Source of the DNA: an uncultured Gemmatimonadaceae bacterium
GTDB lineage: Bacteria > Gemmatimonadota > Gemmatimonadetes > Gemmatimonadales > Gemmatimonadaceae
Reading direction: 5' to 3'
Length of the DNA stretch: 64,000 bases
NCBI GenBank assembly: GCA_963761305.1
Contig: CAVXGK010000002.1
Coordinates: 352,001-416,000, forward strand
Below are positions 19,112 to 28,105 of the stretch, in pieces. A program made the position numbers and the translations under genes. The notes beneath the pieces were generated by a model that was given only the letters and a program-made list of their open reading frames with translations, searched no databases and was not told the DNA's origin. Positions within the stretch are counted from its first letter, which is position 1; every line of letters begins with the position of its first letter.

Positions 19112-20737
19112 GCGCTGAACCTGCAAAGGCGGGTACGGCTGTCAACCGTCGCGTCGGCGATCGCGACCACGATCCTGGCGCCGTTCGCCGTGGCCTGCTG
19201 GGCACCGGAGCGACCGGCCGACGTCGTCGTCTACGCGTCGGGGACCGACCTCGAATCGGGAAATCCGCTCGTCACGATCCACCCGCTGTCGCGGCAGATT
19301 CAGCGATTCGTGCTCTTCGTGACACTGGCGAAGTACGACGACAAGCTCCAGCCCGTTCCCTACGCGGCGACGTCGTGGACATGGTCTGCCGATCGTCGCG
19401 CGCTGACGCTGCATCTCGCCCACGGCCTCGAGTGGCAAGATCGGGTTCCGACGACGGCGCGCGACGTCGCGTTTACGATCAGCGCGGCACGCGATCCGGC
19501 GACGGGCTACTGGCGCTCGGCTGACCTCGCGGCCGTCGACACCGCGCTCGTTCGCGACGACACGACGGCGGAACTTCGATTCAATGCGGCACAAGCGGCG
19601 TTGCCGCTCGTGTTTTGCGAGCTGCCGATAGTCCCCGCACATCTGCTGGACACGATTCCACACGCCGAGCTGCGCCGGGCCGCGTTCAACTTTGCGCCCG
19701 TCGGCAACGGGCCGTTCGCGTTCGTCGATCGCCGTGCAGGGTCGCGTTGGTCGTTTCGGCGAAACGACGCGTTCCCCGCGGCACTCGGCGGCCCGCCGCG
19801 CGTGGCGGGGCTGGTGGTGACCGTGGTCGACGAGCCGACGACGAAGTTCGCCGGGCTGGCGAGCGGCGAGTTGGACGTCGCCGGCATTTCCCCGGCGATG
19901 GCACCGCTGGCTCGCCGTGATCCGTCGATGCGCGTCGTGGAGTATCCAATTCTCTTTACGACGGGACTTGTTTTCAACGTTCACAAACCTCCATTCGACG
20001 ATGCCCGGGTGCGTCGCGCGATCTCGATGTCCGTCGACCGCTCGCGTCTGGTCGACGCGGCCCTGGCCGGATTCGGCGCGCCGGCGGCCGGCCCCGTTCC
20101 ACCGGAGAGTCCGCTCGCGCTCGCCGGCGCACCGGTTCACGACGTTGCCCGTGCCGACTCGCTCCTCGACGCGGCAGGCTGGCTGCGCGGACCGAACGGA
20201 GCCCGTCGCCGCGGCGGACGGCCGCTCGAATTCGATCTGTTGACGGTGGGGTCGGGTGACAACGCGCTCGAGCAGCTCATACAGGCGGACCTCGCGCTGC
20301 GCGGTATTCGCGTCGACATTCGACAGGTGGAGCTTGGCACGTTCCTCAACGACGCGCGGGCGTCGAGCAAGACGTTCGACGTCCTCATCGCCGGCGTCCC
20401 CGGCGACGTGGCGTTGTCGTTCGTGTCGGCGATGTTCGAGACGCGGCAGCGGGGCGGGGCGCTCGACTACACCGGCTTCCACTCGCGTGAGCTCGACTCG
20501 CTGTTCACAGCGGCCCGCACCGCGGGCGACCAGTCGTCGCGCGTCGCCACGTGGCAAGCGGTGCAGCGCGTGTTGGCCGACAGCATGCCCGTCGCCTGGC
20601 TCTACCACTCGCGCGGCGTGCAGGGCCTGTCGGCTCGTCTCCGCAACGTGACGATGGATCTCCGCGGCGAGATGGTCTCGGTCGCCGACTGGAGCATCGA
20701 CAACGCGCGGCAGCGCCGCGTGGCGACCTCGCGATGA
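19106..20737 (+). CDS. ABC transporter substrate-binding protein, family 5 (DppA-like); start uncertain
   Basis: Possible lipobox AVAC; TARDVAFT, PVGNGPF, PFDDARVRRAI. Confidence 0.85.
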   Translation: MHALNLQRRVRLSTVASAIATTILAPFAVACWAPERPADVVVYASGTDLESGNPLVTIHPLSRQIQRFVLFVTLAKYDDKLQPVPYAATSWTWSADRRALTLHLAHGLEWQDRVPTTARDVAFTISAARDPATGYWRSADLAAVDTALVRDDTTAELRFNAAQAALPLVFCELPIVPAHLLDTIPHAELRRAAFNFAPVGNGPFAFVDRRAGSRWSFRRNDAFPAALGGPPRVAGLVVTVVDEPTTKFAGLASGELDVAGISPAMAPLARRDPSMRVVEYPILFTTGLVFNVHKPPFDDARVRRAISMSVDRSRLVDAALAGFGAPAAGPVPPESPLALAGAPVHDVARADSLLDAAGWLRGPNGARRRGGRPLEFDLLTVGSGDNALEQLIQADLALRGIRVDIRQVELGTFLNDARASSKTFDVLIAGVPGDVALSFVSAMFETRQRGGALDYTGFHSRELDSLFTAARTAGDQSSRVATWQAVQRVLADSMPVAWLYHSRGVQGLSARLRNVTMDLRGEMVSVADWSIDNARQRRVATSR

Positions 20738-23469
20738 GCGTTCTGCTCGGACCTGACGAGATCGGGCGACGCCGCGCCGCGGCCGCGGGCCCGCTGCGGC
20801 AACTCGCCGATTCGCTGGCGGCGGATCTGGAGCCGCTGCTGGCGCGCGACCTCTATTTCCCCGAGGAAAAGGCGTTGCTGTCGCGCAGTGGCGGACGCTG
20901 CGAGATCGACGGCACGATGCTCGAGTTCGACCCATTCTCCCCGCACGAACATCGATGTCCGCGCTGCGGGCGCGTGCACACCGGCGAGCTGCACGATCGG
21001 TTCTGGAACTACTGGTATCAGCTCTGGCTGGCCGAGCGCGCCGTGCACGGTGCGGTGCTTTCGTCGCTCGGGTACGGCGAACGCTACGCGTCGCTCTCGC
21101 GCGATATCCTTACCGGGTACGCCCAGCGCTATCTGCGGTATCCCAACGCCGACAACGTGCTCGGACCGACGCGCCTGTTCTTCAGCACGTACCTCGAGTC
21201 CATCTGGCTGCTTCAGATCTGCATCGCCGCCGACGTGCTGGCGCCGGCCGAACCGCGACTGGTGGACCGCGTTCGCTCGGAGATCGTCGAGCCGAGCCGG
21301 GCGCTGATCGCGGACTACGACGAAGGCGGGTCGAATCGACAAGTGTGGAATGACGCCGCGCTGCTCGCCGCGTCGCGTCTCCTCGGCGATTCCGCCGCGA
21401 CCGAGCGCGCGGTCTTCGGCGTGAACGGCGTCGCGCGGCAAGTCGCCGACGGTCTGTTGAGCGACGGCACCTGGTACGAGGGAGAGAACTATCATCTCTT
21501 CGCGCACCGCGGGCTGTGGTACGGCGTGACGATGGCCGAGCACGCGGAATTGCCCATCGATCCCGCGCTCGAGCAGCGGTTTCAGCGGGGATTTGCCGCG
21601 CCATTTCTCTCGGCACTTCCGGATTTCACGCTTCCGTCGCGCCGCGATTCGCAGTACGCGATCTCGCTGCGCCAGTGGCGCATCGCCGAGCACTGTGAGT
21701 TGGGGCTCGCGCGCCAGGACGACGCGACGCTGCGCGGCGCGCTCGCCCGCATGTACCTCGACGACGTGCCGCGCCGCACGCCGCGCCGCGATCGTTCTGC
21801 CGCCGACGTCGAGCGCAACATGTCGGCGTCATCCCTGTCGCGCGCCGACCTGAGCTGGCGCGCCCTGTTGTTCGCCGAGCCGGAGCTGCCGCCGTTGCTC
21901 GCTTCGCCTCCGGCGTCGGCGCTGCTCGACGGGCAGGGGCTCGCCGTGTTCCGCCGCGAGGACGGACGCACCTACGTCGCGCTGGACTACGGTCATTCCG
22001 GCGGAGGCCACGGGCATCCGGATCGGTTGAACCTTCTCCTGATGCGCGACGACGTCCGGTGGCTCGACGACTTCGGCACCGGATCGTACGTCGACCGCTC
22101 ACTGCATTGGTATCGCAGCACACTGGCGCACAACGCACCCCTCGCCGGCGGCCGGTCGCAGCACTCCGTGAATGGCGTGCTCCGCACGTACGACGAGGGA
22201 GACGACTGCGGTTGGATCCAGGCCGAGGCGGAAATCGCGCCCGGTGTCCGGGTGCGGCGAACGCTCGTCGTGCTGCCGGACTATGTCATCGACACCGTCG
22301 CGTGGCAGAGCGCGCCGCGTTCGGCGCCCGCTTCGCACGAATTGGAATCGACGCTCGTCTTCGACCTTCCGATTCACGCGGCGATCGAGCTCACCGATGG
22401 CGGCGCGCCGCCCGAGCGCGGATCGCTGGCCGGCGGCCACGGTCTCGAGGATGGATTCGACTTTGCGCACGACACGACCGTCGAACGCGTGCAGGGCGGA
22501 ACGCGCGTCGTCGGCTTCGCCACACACGACAACGCCGCGATGGCGGTCTGGGCTCGCGCCTCAGCCAACACTGAGTGGTGGCGCGCGACGGCGCCCGGCG
22601 CGCCAGGCCACGGCGACAAAACCTTCCGCCTCGTGCGAACGCGCGAGGCCGCCGGCCGATACGAGTTCGTCTGGAGCTGGACCGACGCGGTGGTCGACGT
22701 CGAATTCGGCGACTCGGTTCGTGTCGCCCTCTCCGACGGAATGATTCACGAGCATCGCGCCGGACGCGACCAGTGGGAGATCGACGTCGTCCACGTCGGC
22801 TCGCGAGACGCGCGCCGGGTGACGCTCGGCGGCGGCGTGCAACCCAGCGACTTTCCGCGCCGCGAGCGGAAACCGCCGGAAACGACTGCGCCGCTGCGGC
22901 TCATCCGCGATTCCGAGACCGCCATCTCGCTCGGAGAGGCGCACTATCGACGCTCCGAAGACACGTGGGAAGCCGCCGGGCGTCCCACCGCCGACGTCGC
23001 GTTCCTCGCGCGCGGCGCGACGCTCCGTGTCACCGTCACCGTCCCACGCAGCGACGTCACGTTCGCTCCGCGAAACGCCGAGAATCCCTTCGACAACGAA
23101 CCAGCGGATGTGAACGGCGACGGCATCCAGCTCTACGCGAGAGTCGCCGACACCGTCGCGGGGTGGATGCTCGTGCCCGAGCTCGGCGGGAACCATGTGC
23201 GCGTTCGCTCCGTCGCCGGGACCGGGATTCGCTCGACGCCGAATCCGCGCGCGACCTGGGACCGCACGACCAGCGGCTACCGCGTGGACATCGATCTCGA
23301 TGCGCGTCAACTCTCGGCGATCGACGTCATCGTGAACGAGATGCCGCGCGGACGTCAGCGCCGGCGTGGCCAGTTGGTGTTGAGCGGCGGACGCGGCGAG
23401 TTCGCCTATCTGCGCGGCGACCGGCAGGACGAAGACCGGCTCATTCCGATCGAGTGGGGCGATGGCTGA
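20734..23469 (+). CDS. Heparinase II/III-like (polysaccharide lyase-type) protein
   Basis: SNRQVW, DGTWYEGENYH, GHGHPDRL, WYRSTLAHN motifs typical of (alpha/alpha)-toroid + beta-sandwich lyases; N-terminal C...HRCPRCG. Confidence 0.75.
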   Translation: MSVLLGPDEIGRRRAAAAGPLRQLADSLAADLEPLLARDLYFPEEKALLSRSGGRCEIDGTMLEFDPFSPHEHRCPRCGRVHTGELHDRFWNYWYQLWLAERAVHGAVLSSLGYGERYASLSRDILTGYAQRYLRYPNADNVLGPTRLFFSTYLESIWLLQICIAADVLAPAEPRLVDRVRSEIVEPSRALIADYDEGGSNRQVWNDAALLAASRLLGDSAATERAVFGVNGVARQVADGLLSDGTWYEGENYHLFAHRGLWYGVTMAEHAELPIDPALEQRFQRGFAAPFLSALPDFTLPSRRDSQYAISLRQWRIAEHCELGLARQDDATLRGALARMYLDDVPRRTPRRDRSAADVERNMSASSLSRADLSWRALLFAEPELPPLLASPPASALLDGQGLAVFRREDGRTYVALDYGHSGGGHGHPDRLNLLLMRDDVRWLDDFGTGSYVDRSLHWYRSTLAHNAPLAGGRSQHSVNGVLRTYDEGDDCGWIQAEAEIAPGVRVRRTLVVLPDYVIDTVAWQSAPRSAPASHELESTLVFDLPIHAAIELTDGGAPPERGSLAGGHGLEDGFDFAHDTTVERVQGGTRVVGFATHDNAAMAVWARASANTEWWRATAPGAPGHGDKTFRLVRTREAAGRYEFVWSWTDAVVDVEFGDSVRVALSDGMIHEHRAGRDQWEIDVVHVGSRDARRVTLGGGVQPSDFPRRERKPPETTAPLRLIRDSETAISLGEAHYRRSEDTWEAAGRPTADVAFLARGATLRVTVTVPRSDVTFAPRNAENPFDNEPADVNGDGIQLYARVADTVAGWMLVPELGGNHVRVRSVAGTGIRSTPNPRATWDRTTSGYRVDIDLDARQLSAIDVIVNEMPRGRQRRRGQLVLSGGRGEFAYLRGDRQDEDRLIPIEWGDG

Positions 23470-24211
23470 GTCGCTCCTCGAATCGGTGGTCGTCGTGCTG
23501 TACGAGCCCCTCGACCCGGTGAACATCGGCGGGACCGTGCGCGCCATGAAGAACATGGGCGTGCACCGCCTCCGTCTCATTCGCCCCGTGCCCTACGAGG
23601 CGGTGCGCATCGAAGGGATCGCCCACGGCACCATGGACGTGATCCGTCGGATCGAGCACTTCGACACGTTCGACGCGGCGGTCGCCGACTGCGTCCACAC
23701 CGCCGCGTTCACCGCGCGCCGGCGCTCGGCGAAGATCCACCTCGTCGAGCCGCGCGAGGCGGCGCGCGAACTGCTCGACGCGGCGCCGGACGGACCGGTG
23801 GCGATCATCTTCGGGCGCGAAGACAACGGACTGCCGAACGACGTGCTCGACCGCGTGCACGCCACGGTCACGATCCCGACGACGAACCACGCGTCGCTCA
23901 ACCTTGCCCAAGCGGCGCTCATCGCGCTCTACGAGCTGCACCGCGCCGCCGCCGACGCCACGCGAACGATCGCGCCGCCGCGCAAGGACGCCCCGCCCCC
24001 GACCAACGCCGACTTCGAGCAGTACTTCTCCGACGCGGCGAATTCGCTCGAGATGATCGAGTTCTTCAAGACGCGCTATTCCGAGCACATCATGCGCACG
24101 CTGAGGTCGCTCACCTTCCGGGCGTCGCCCGACGCCCGCGAGCTGTCGCTCATGCGAGCCATGGCGATCGAGGTGATGAACTTCATCGAGCGCAAACGCC
24201 GTCGGGGTTGA
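23462..24211 (+). CDS. TrmJ/TrmH (SPOUT) RNA methyltransferase
   Basis: NIGGTVRAMKNMG, FGREDNGL, SLNLAQA. Confidence 0.88.
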   Translation: MAESLLESVVVVLYEPLDPVNIGGTVRAMKNMGVHRLRLIRPVPYEAVRIEGIAHGTMDVIRRIEHFDTFDAAVADCVHTAAFTARRRSAKIHLVEPREAARELLDAAPDGPVAIIFGREDNGLPNDVLDRVHATVTIPTTNHASLNLAQAALIALYELHRAAADATRTIAPPRKDAPPPTNADFEQYFSDAANSLEMIEFFKTRYSEHIMRTLRSLTFRASPDARELSLMRAMAIEVMNFIERKRRRG

Positions 24212-24243
24212 CGCCGCCGACGGGAGGGACCTGATTTTCCAGC

Positions 24244-25602
24244 ATGCCATTCCGCCGCTTCTTTGAGCGAGGCACCAAAGGCGGCGACGCGCCGCCGGCC
24301 GCACCGGGCGACTCGTCCGCGGACGACGCCGCGACCGTCGCCGAAGAAGAGCCCGAAGAGGGCGGTGAACCCGAGAACATCTCGGGCGATCAGGAAGACG
24401 CGACCTGGCACGAACGCGCCATCGCCGTGCTTCCGACAGGCGCGTCAACGGGAAGCAAGCGATCCGCCGCGCTCTATGGCGCCGACGACTCCGACGGTCC
24501 CACGCACTACGTCCAGGCGGTCGGCTGCCGCATGTTCGATTCCGACGGCAACCAGTATCTCGACTGCACGATGGCGCTCGGCGCCGTGTCGCTCGGCTAC
24601 GCCGAACCGAATGTGACGCGGGCCGTCGTCGATGCGATCGCGGGCGGCAACGTCGCGGGGCTGTCGAACGTGCGCGAAGTGGACGTCGCCGAGCGGTTGT
24701 GCGGTGTGATTCCGTGCGCCGACAAAGTGCAGTTTCTCAAGACCGGCGCCGAGGCGATCGCGGCCGCGGTGCGCATCGCGCGGACGTACACGGGGCGAGA
24801 CGTCGTCGTCGGGTGCGGCTATTTCGGCTGGCTCGATTGGTCGGCCGACGAGACGGCGGGCGTCCCGGACGGAACGCGACGTGATTTCCATCGTGTGCCG
24901 TTCGACGATGTCGCGGCGCTCGAGGCGGCGGTGGGCGACGCAGGCGACCGGCTCGCGGCGATCGTCATCGAACCGGTGATCGAGCGATTGCCGTCGTCGG
25001 CATGGATCACGCGTGCGCGCGAGCTGGCGACGGCGAGCGGTGCCGCGCTCATCTTCGACGAGATCAAGACGGGATTTCGACTCAAGACGGGCGGCTATCA
25101 AGCGTTCGCCGACGTCATGCCGGACTTGGCGGCGTTCGGCAAGGCGATGGCAAACGGATTTCCGCTCGCCGCGGTCGTCGGCCACCGGGAGCTCATGGAT
25201 GCGGCCCGCAAGACGTGGATCTCGTCGACGCTCGCCAGCGACGGGTCGGCGCTCGCCGCGGCGAGCGCGGTGCTCGCCTGGCACGACTCAGTGGACATCT
25301 GCGCGTCGCTCTGGTCGATCGGCGCCGACATGAAACACGCCGTGAGTGCGGCGATCGAAGCCAGCGGAGTGCAGGGGATCACCGTCGACGGCATCGACCC
25401 GATGTGGCTGCTGCGGTTCGATCGTCCCGAGCGCGAGCGGCGGTTCCTCGAGTTGGGTGCGGCGAACGGTGTGTTGTTCAAGCGTGGCGCGTACAACTAC
25501 GCCGCGCTGGCCCACGACGACGACGCGCTCCGTGATCTGGAACGCTGCGCGAGCGACACACTCGTTGCGCTGCGCGACGAGGAGGCGGAGGGCGCCGGTT
25601 GA
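24244..25602 (+). CDS. Class III PLP-dependent aminotransferase (GSA aminomutase-like fold)
   Basis: DGNQYLD, KTGAEA, LIFDEIKTGFR, FGKAMANGFP (PLP Lys). Confidence 0.85.
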   Translation: MPFRRFFERGTKGGDAPPAAPGDSSADDAATVAEEEPEEGGEPENISGDQEDATWHERAIAVLPTGASTGSKRSAALYGADDSDGPTHYVQAVGCRMFDSDGNQYLDCTMALGAVSLGYAEPNVTRAVVDAIAGGNVAGLSNVREVDVAERLCGVIPCADKVQFLKTGAEAIAAAVRIARTYTGRDVVVGCGYFGWLDWSADETAGVPDGTRRDFHRVPFDDVAALEAAVGDAGDRLAAIVIEPVIERLPSSAWITRARELATASGAALIFDEIKTGFRLKTGGYQAFADVMPDLAAFGKAMANGFPLAAVVGHRELMDAARKTWISSTLASDGSALAAASAVLAWHDSVDICASLWSIGADMKHAVSAAIEASGVQGITVDGIDPMWLLRFDRPERERRFLELGAANGVLFKRGAYNYAALAHDDDALRDLERCASDTLVALRDEEAEGAG

Positions 25603-26501
25603 GCGACCGACGCGTGGCGATGCCAGTGGGCGGCGGCGGGGAAGCGCCGCTCATCGACGTCCACGCTCATTTTCACCACGCCGGGACCGGCCGGTCGGAT
25701 TGGGCCGACGTGAATGCGGCGCGCTTTCGCGCCGGCGAGCGCATCGGAATCACCTATCACGTCGCGTCGATCCTCGGCACGTGGGGTTTCCTGTCGCCGA
25801 CCTATTTCCCTTCGCCGGCCGACGTGACGCTCGGCAACGACGCGATGCTCGGGCTGTGCGAGCGCGAGCCGGATCGCGTCCGGATGTTCACGACCGTGAA
25901 CCCCAACTACACCGAGCACGCGTGTGCCGAGATCGAGCGGTGCACCGCACGCGGCGCGATCGGCATCAAGCTGCTGGCCAGCCGCCGGGCCGACGACCCA
26001 CTCCTCGATCCCGTCGCCGCGCTCGCCGCAAACCTTCAGCTCCCAATTCTCCATCACGTCTGGCAGCACCGTACCCGCGAGTGGCCGTCGCAAGAGATCT
26101 CTGATGGCGCCGATCTCGCGCGGCTTGCCGAGCGGCACCCGAAGGCCAGCTTCATCCTCGCCCACATCGGCGGCGGCGGCGACTACATGCACACGTTCGC
26201 CGCCGTGCGCGACGTGCCGAACATCTACCCGGACCTTTCGGGAAGCGGCGTCGATCGCGGCATGCTCGACGCGGCGGTCGACGCGCTCGGCGCGGATCGC
26301 CTGTTGTGGGGATCGGATCTGACGATGTGCACCGGACTCGCCAAGCTGCGCGCGCTCGACACGATCGGTCTCGGGCGCGACGACATCGAGCGCATCCGAT
26401 GGAAGAACACGGCGCGCATCTTTCGCCCGGGAAGTTTTCCGCGGTGCGAGCATGCATCGCACGCCGAACGCGATTCCATGGCCGCCGGAGCGCGCGCGTG
26501 A
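25599..26501 (+). CDS. Amidohydrolase_2 family protein
   Basis: IDVHAH, GIKL, ILHH, LAHIGGG, LLWGSD. Confidence 0.82.
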   Translation: MSDRRVAMPVGGGGEAPLIDVHAHFHHAGTGRSDWADVNAARFRAGERIGITYHVASILGTWGFLSPTYFPSPADVTLGNDAMLGLCEREPDRVRMFTTVNPNYTEHACAEIERCTARGAIGIKLLASRRADDPLLDPVAALAANLQLPILHHVWQHRTREWPSQEISDGADLARLAERHPKASFILAHIGGGGDYMHTFAAVRDVPNIYPDLSGSGVDRGMLDAAVDALGADRLLWGSDLTMCTGLAKLRALDTIGLGRDDIERIRWKNTARIFRPGSFPRCEHASHAERDSMAAGARA

Positions 26502-27274
26502 TCGACGTCAACACGCTCATCGGCGCGTACCCGTTTCGCCACGTCCCGCATCCCGATCCGGACGCGCTCATCCGCGTGCTCGACCGCGAGGGAATCGAGG
26601 GTGCGTGGGTCGGACATCTGCCGTCGGCGTTCTATCGCGACCCGACGCCCGGGAACGCGGCGCTCTACGCCGCGCTGCAACCGTTCGACGATCGTCTGCG
26701 GCCGGTGCCGGCGATTCGCCCTGACTGGCCCAACTGGGGCGACGCGCTGGCTGGCGCGCGCGACGCCGGGGCGCCGGCGGTGCGCGCGTATCCGCCCCAA
26801 TGGGGGCTGGCTCCCGGCGGCGGCGCGGCGACGAGTCTGCGTGAGCTCGCTGTGGCGACCGGCGACGCGGGACTCGCGCTCCTCCTCACCGTGCGGTTCG
26901 AGGATTTGCGCCAGCGCCATCCGATGGACTCGGCCGGCGACGTGAGCGCCGCGACCGTGCGCGCGCTCGCGCGTGCGGGAAGCTCGGTACGACTCGTCGT
27001 GACGGCCGCGTCTCGCGAGATGATCGAGGAGGTGCACTGGGGCCTCACGCCCGACGAACAACGTCGCGTGTTCTGGGACATCTCGTGGATCTGGGGCCCG
27101 CCGGAAGACCATCTCTCGAAGCTGTTTCGCACGATCGGGTCGTCGCGGTTCGTGTTCGGTTCACAGTGGCCGTTGCGCCTCGTGCAGACGCCCAGTGCGA
27201 ACCTCGATTTGCTTGCCGACGACGTTGCCGGCGCCACACTCGCCGACGCGCGCGACGTGCGTGCCGGAGCCTAG
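26498..27274 (+). CDS. Amidohydrolase-fold protein lacking the HxH metal motif
   Basis: GTG at 26498 overlaps the upstream stop; IDVNTLIGAYPFR start, FVFGSQWP end. Confidence 0.75.
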   Translation: MIDVNTLIGAYPFRHVPHPDPDALIRVLDREGIEGAWVGHLPSAFYRDPTPGNAALYAALQPFDDRLRPVPAIRPDWPNWGDALAGARDAGAPAVRAYPPQWGLAPGGGAATSLRELAVATGDAGLALLLTVRFEDLRQRHPMDSAGDVSAATVRALARAGSSVRLVVTAASREMIEEVHWGLTPDEQRRVFWDISWIWGPPEDHLSKLFRTIGSSRFVFGSQWPLRLVQTPSANLDLLADDVAGATLADARDVRAGA

Positions 27275-27345
27275 TCGGTGCGAGATGATTGTCCCGCTTG
27301 CGTGTCGTGGCACGTCCTTTCAGATTTCCCGGCCAGTCGGGCACC

Positions 27346-27363
27346 TTGTGAATTAGTTCACAA
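27346..27363. promoter_or_regulatory. Rex-type operator palindrome upstream of actA
   Basis: TTGTGAA-TTAG-TTCACAA, an exact match to the Rex consensus TTGTGAAnnnnTTCACAA, ending 42 bp upstream of the actA ATG. Confidence 0.75.
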
Positions 27364-27405
27364 GACGCGCGCGTCTCAGCGGGTTTCAAAACTCACCCCA
27401 TCGCG

Positions 27406-28104
27406 ATGACCAAGCGAAGGAAATGGACCGCCATTCCAGGGCTCTTCGCCCTGGCCGTGGGCGCCGTGATGCTCTCCGCGTACGCCGGCGCTTCGTCCTC
27501 GCAACACCGCACCGTCATCCAGCCGATCAACTTTCCGCACACCGTTCACGTGCAGAAGCTCGGCATCAACTGTCTCTACTGTCACAACGCGGCCAACAAG
27601 TCGATGGATCCGGGACTCCCTGCCGTCTCCACGTGCATGGGATGTCACAACGCCATCGGGCCTGATCGCCCCGCGAACGATCTTCACGGCAACAAGCCGT
27701 ACCACAGCGCGGAGCTCGACAAGCTCTATCACTACGCCGACACCAAGACGGTGTTCGCCGGAATGGGACCTAAAGCGATTCCGATTCCGTGGAACCGGGT
27801 CCACAAGCTGCCCGAGTACGTGCACTTCCCGCACACGCGCCACATCAACGCCGGCGTGACGTGCCAGACGTGCCACGGACAGATCCAGAACATGGAGCGC
27901 GTCTATCAGTTCTCGTCGCTCAACATGGGCTGGTGCGTGAGCTGTCACGTGAACGGCTACAGTCCGCAGGAGGGTCTCGAGGCGGCCGGCTACGCCCCGC
28001 AGCCGGGCGTCGGTGCCAACGCCGCCGCGAATGCCGCGGCGACCGCCGCCGTACCGGTCGAGCGCAAGAAAGCGCGCTACGACTGCGCCAACTGCCACTA
28101 CTGA
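27406..28104 (+). CDS. actA: Alternative complex III pentaheme cytochrome c subunit
   Basis: QPINFPHTVH; five CxxCH motifs (CLYCH, CMGCH, CQTCH, CVSCH, CANCH); N-terminal TM segment. Confidence 0.88.
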   Translation: MTKRRKWTAIPGLFALAVGAVMLSAYAGASSSQHRTVIQPINFPHTVHVQKLGINCLYCHNAANKSMDPGLPAVSTCMGCHNAIGPDRPANDLHGNKPYHSAELDKLYHYADTKTVFAGMGPKAIPIPWNRVHKLPEYVHFPHTRHINAGVTCQTCHGQIQNMERVYQFSSLNMGWCVSCHVNGYSPQEGLEAAGYAPQPGVGANAAANAAATAAVPVERKKARYDCANCHY

Positions 28105-28105
28105 G

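Noticed and set aside
24244..25602. Calling the aminotransferase hemL
   Set aside because: It lacks hallmark HemL motifs such as GGVNSPVR and YHGHxD, and the context is not heme synthesis.
27308..27323. sigma54 promoter upstream of actA (TGGCACGTCCTTTCA)
   Set aside because: The -24 half is good but there is CA rather than GC at the -12 position.
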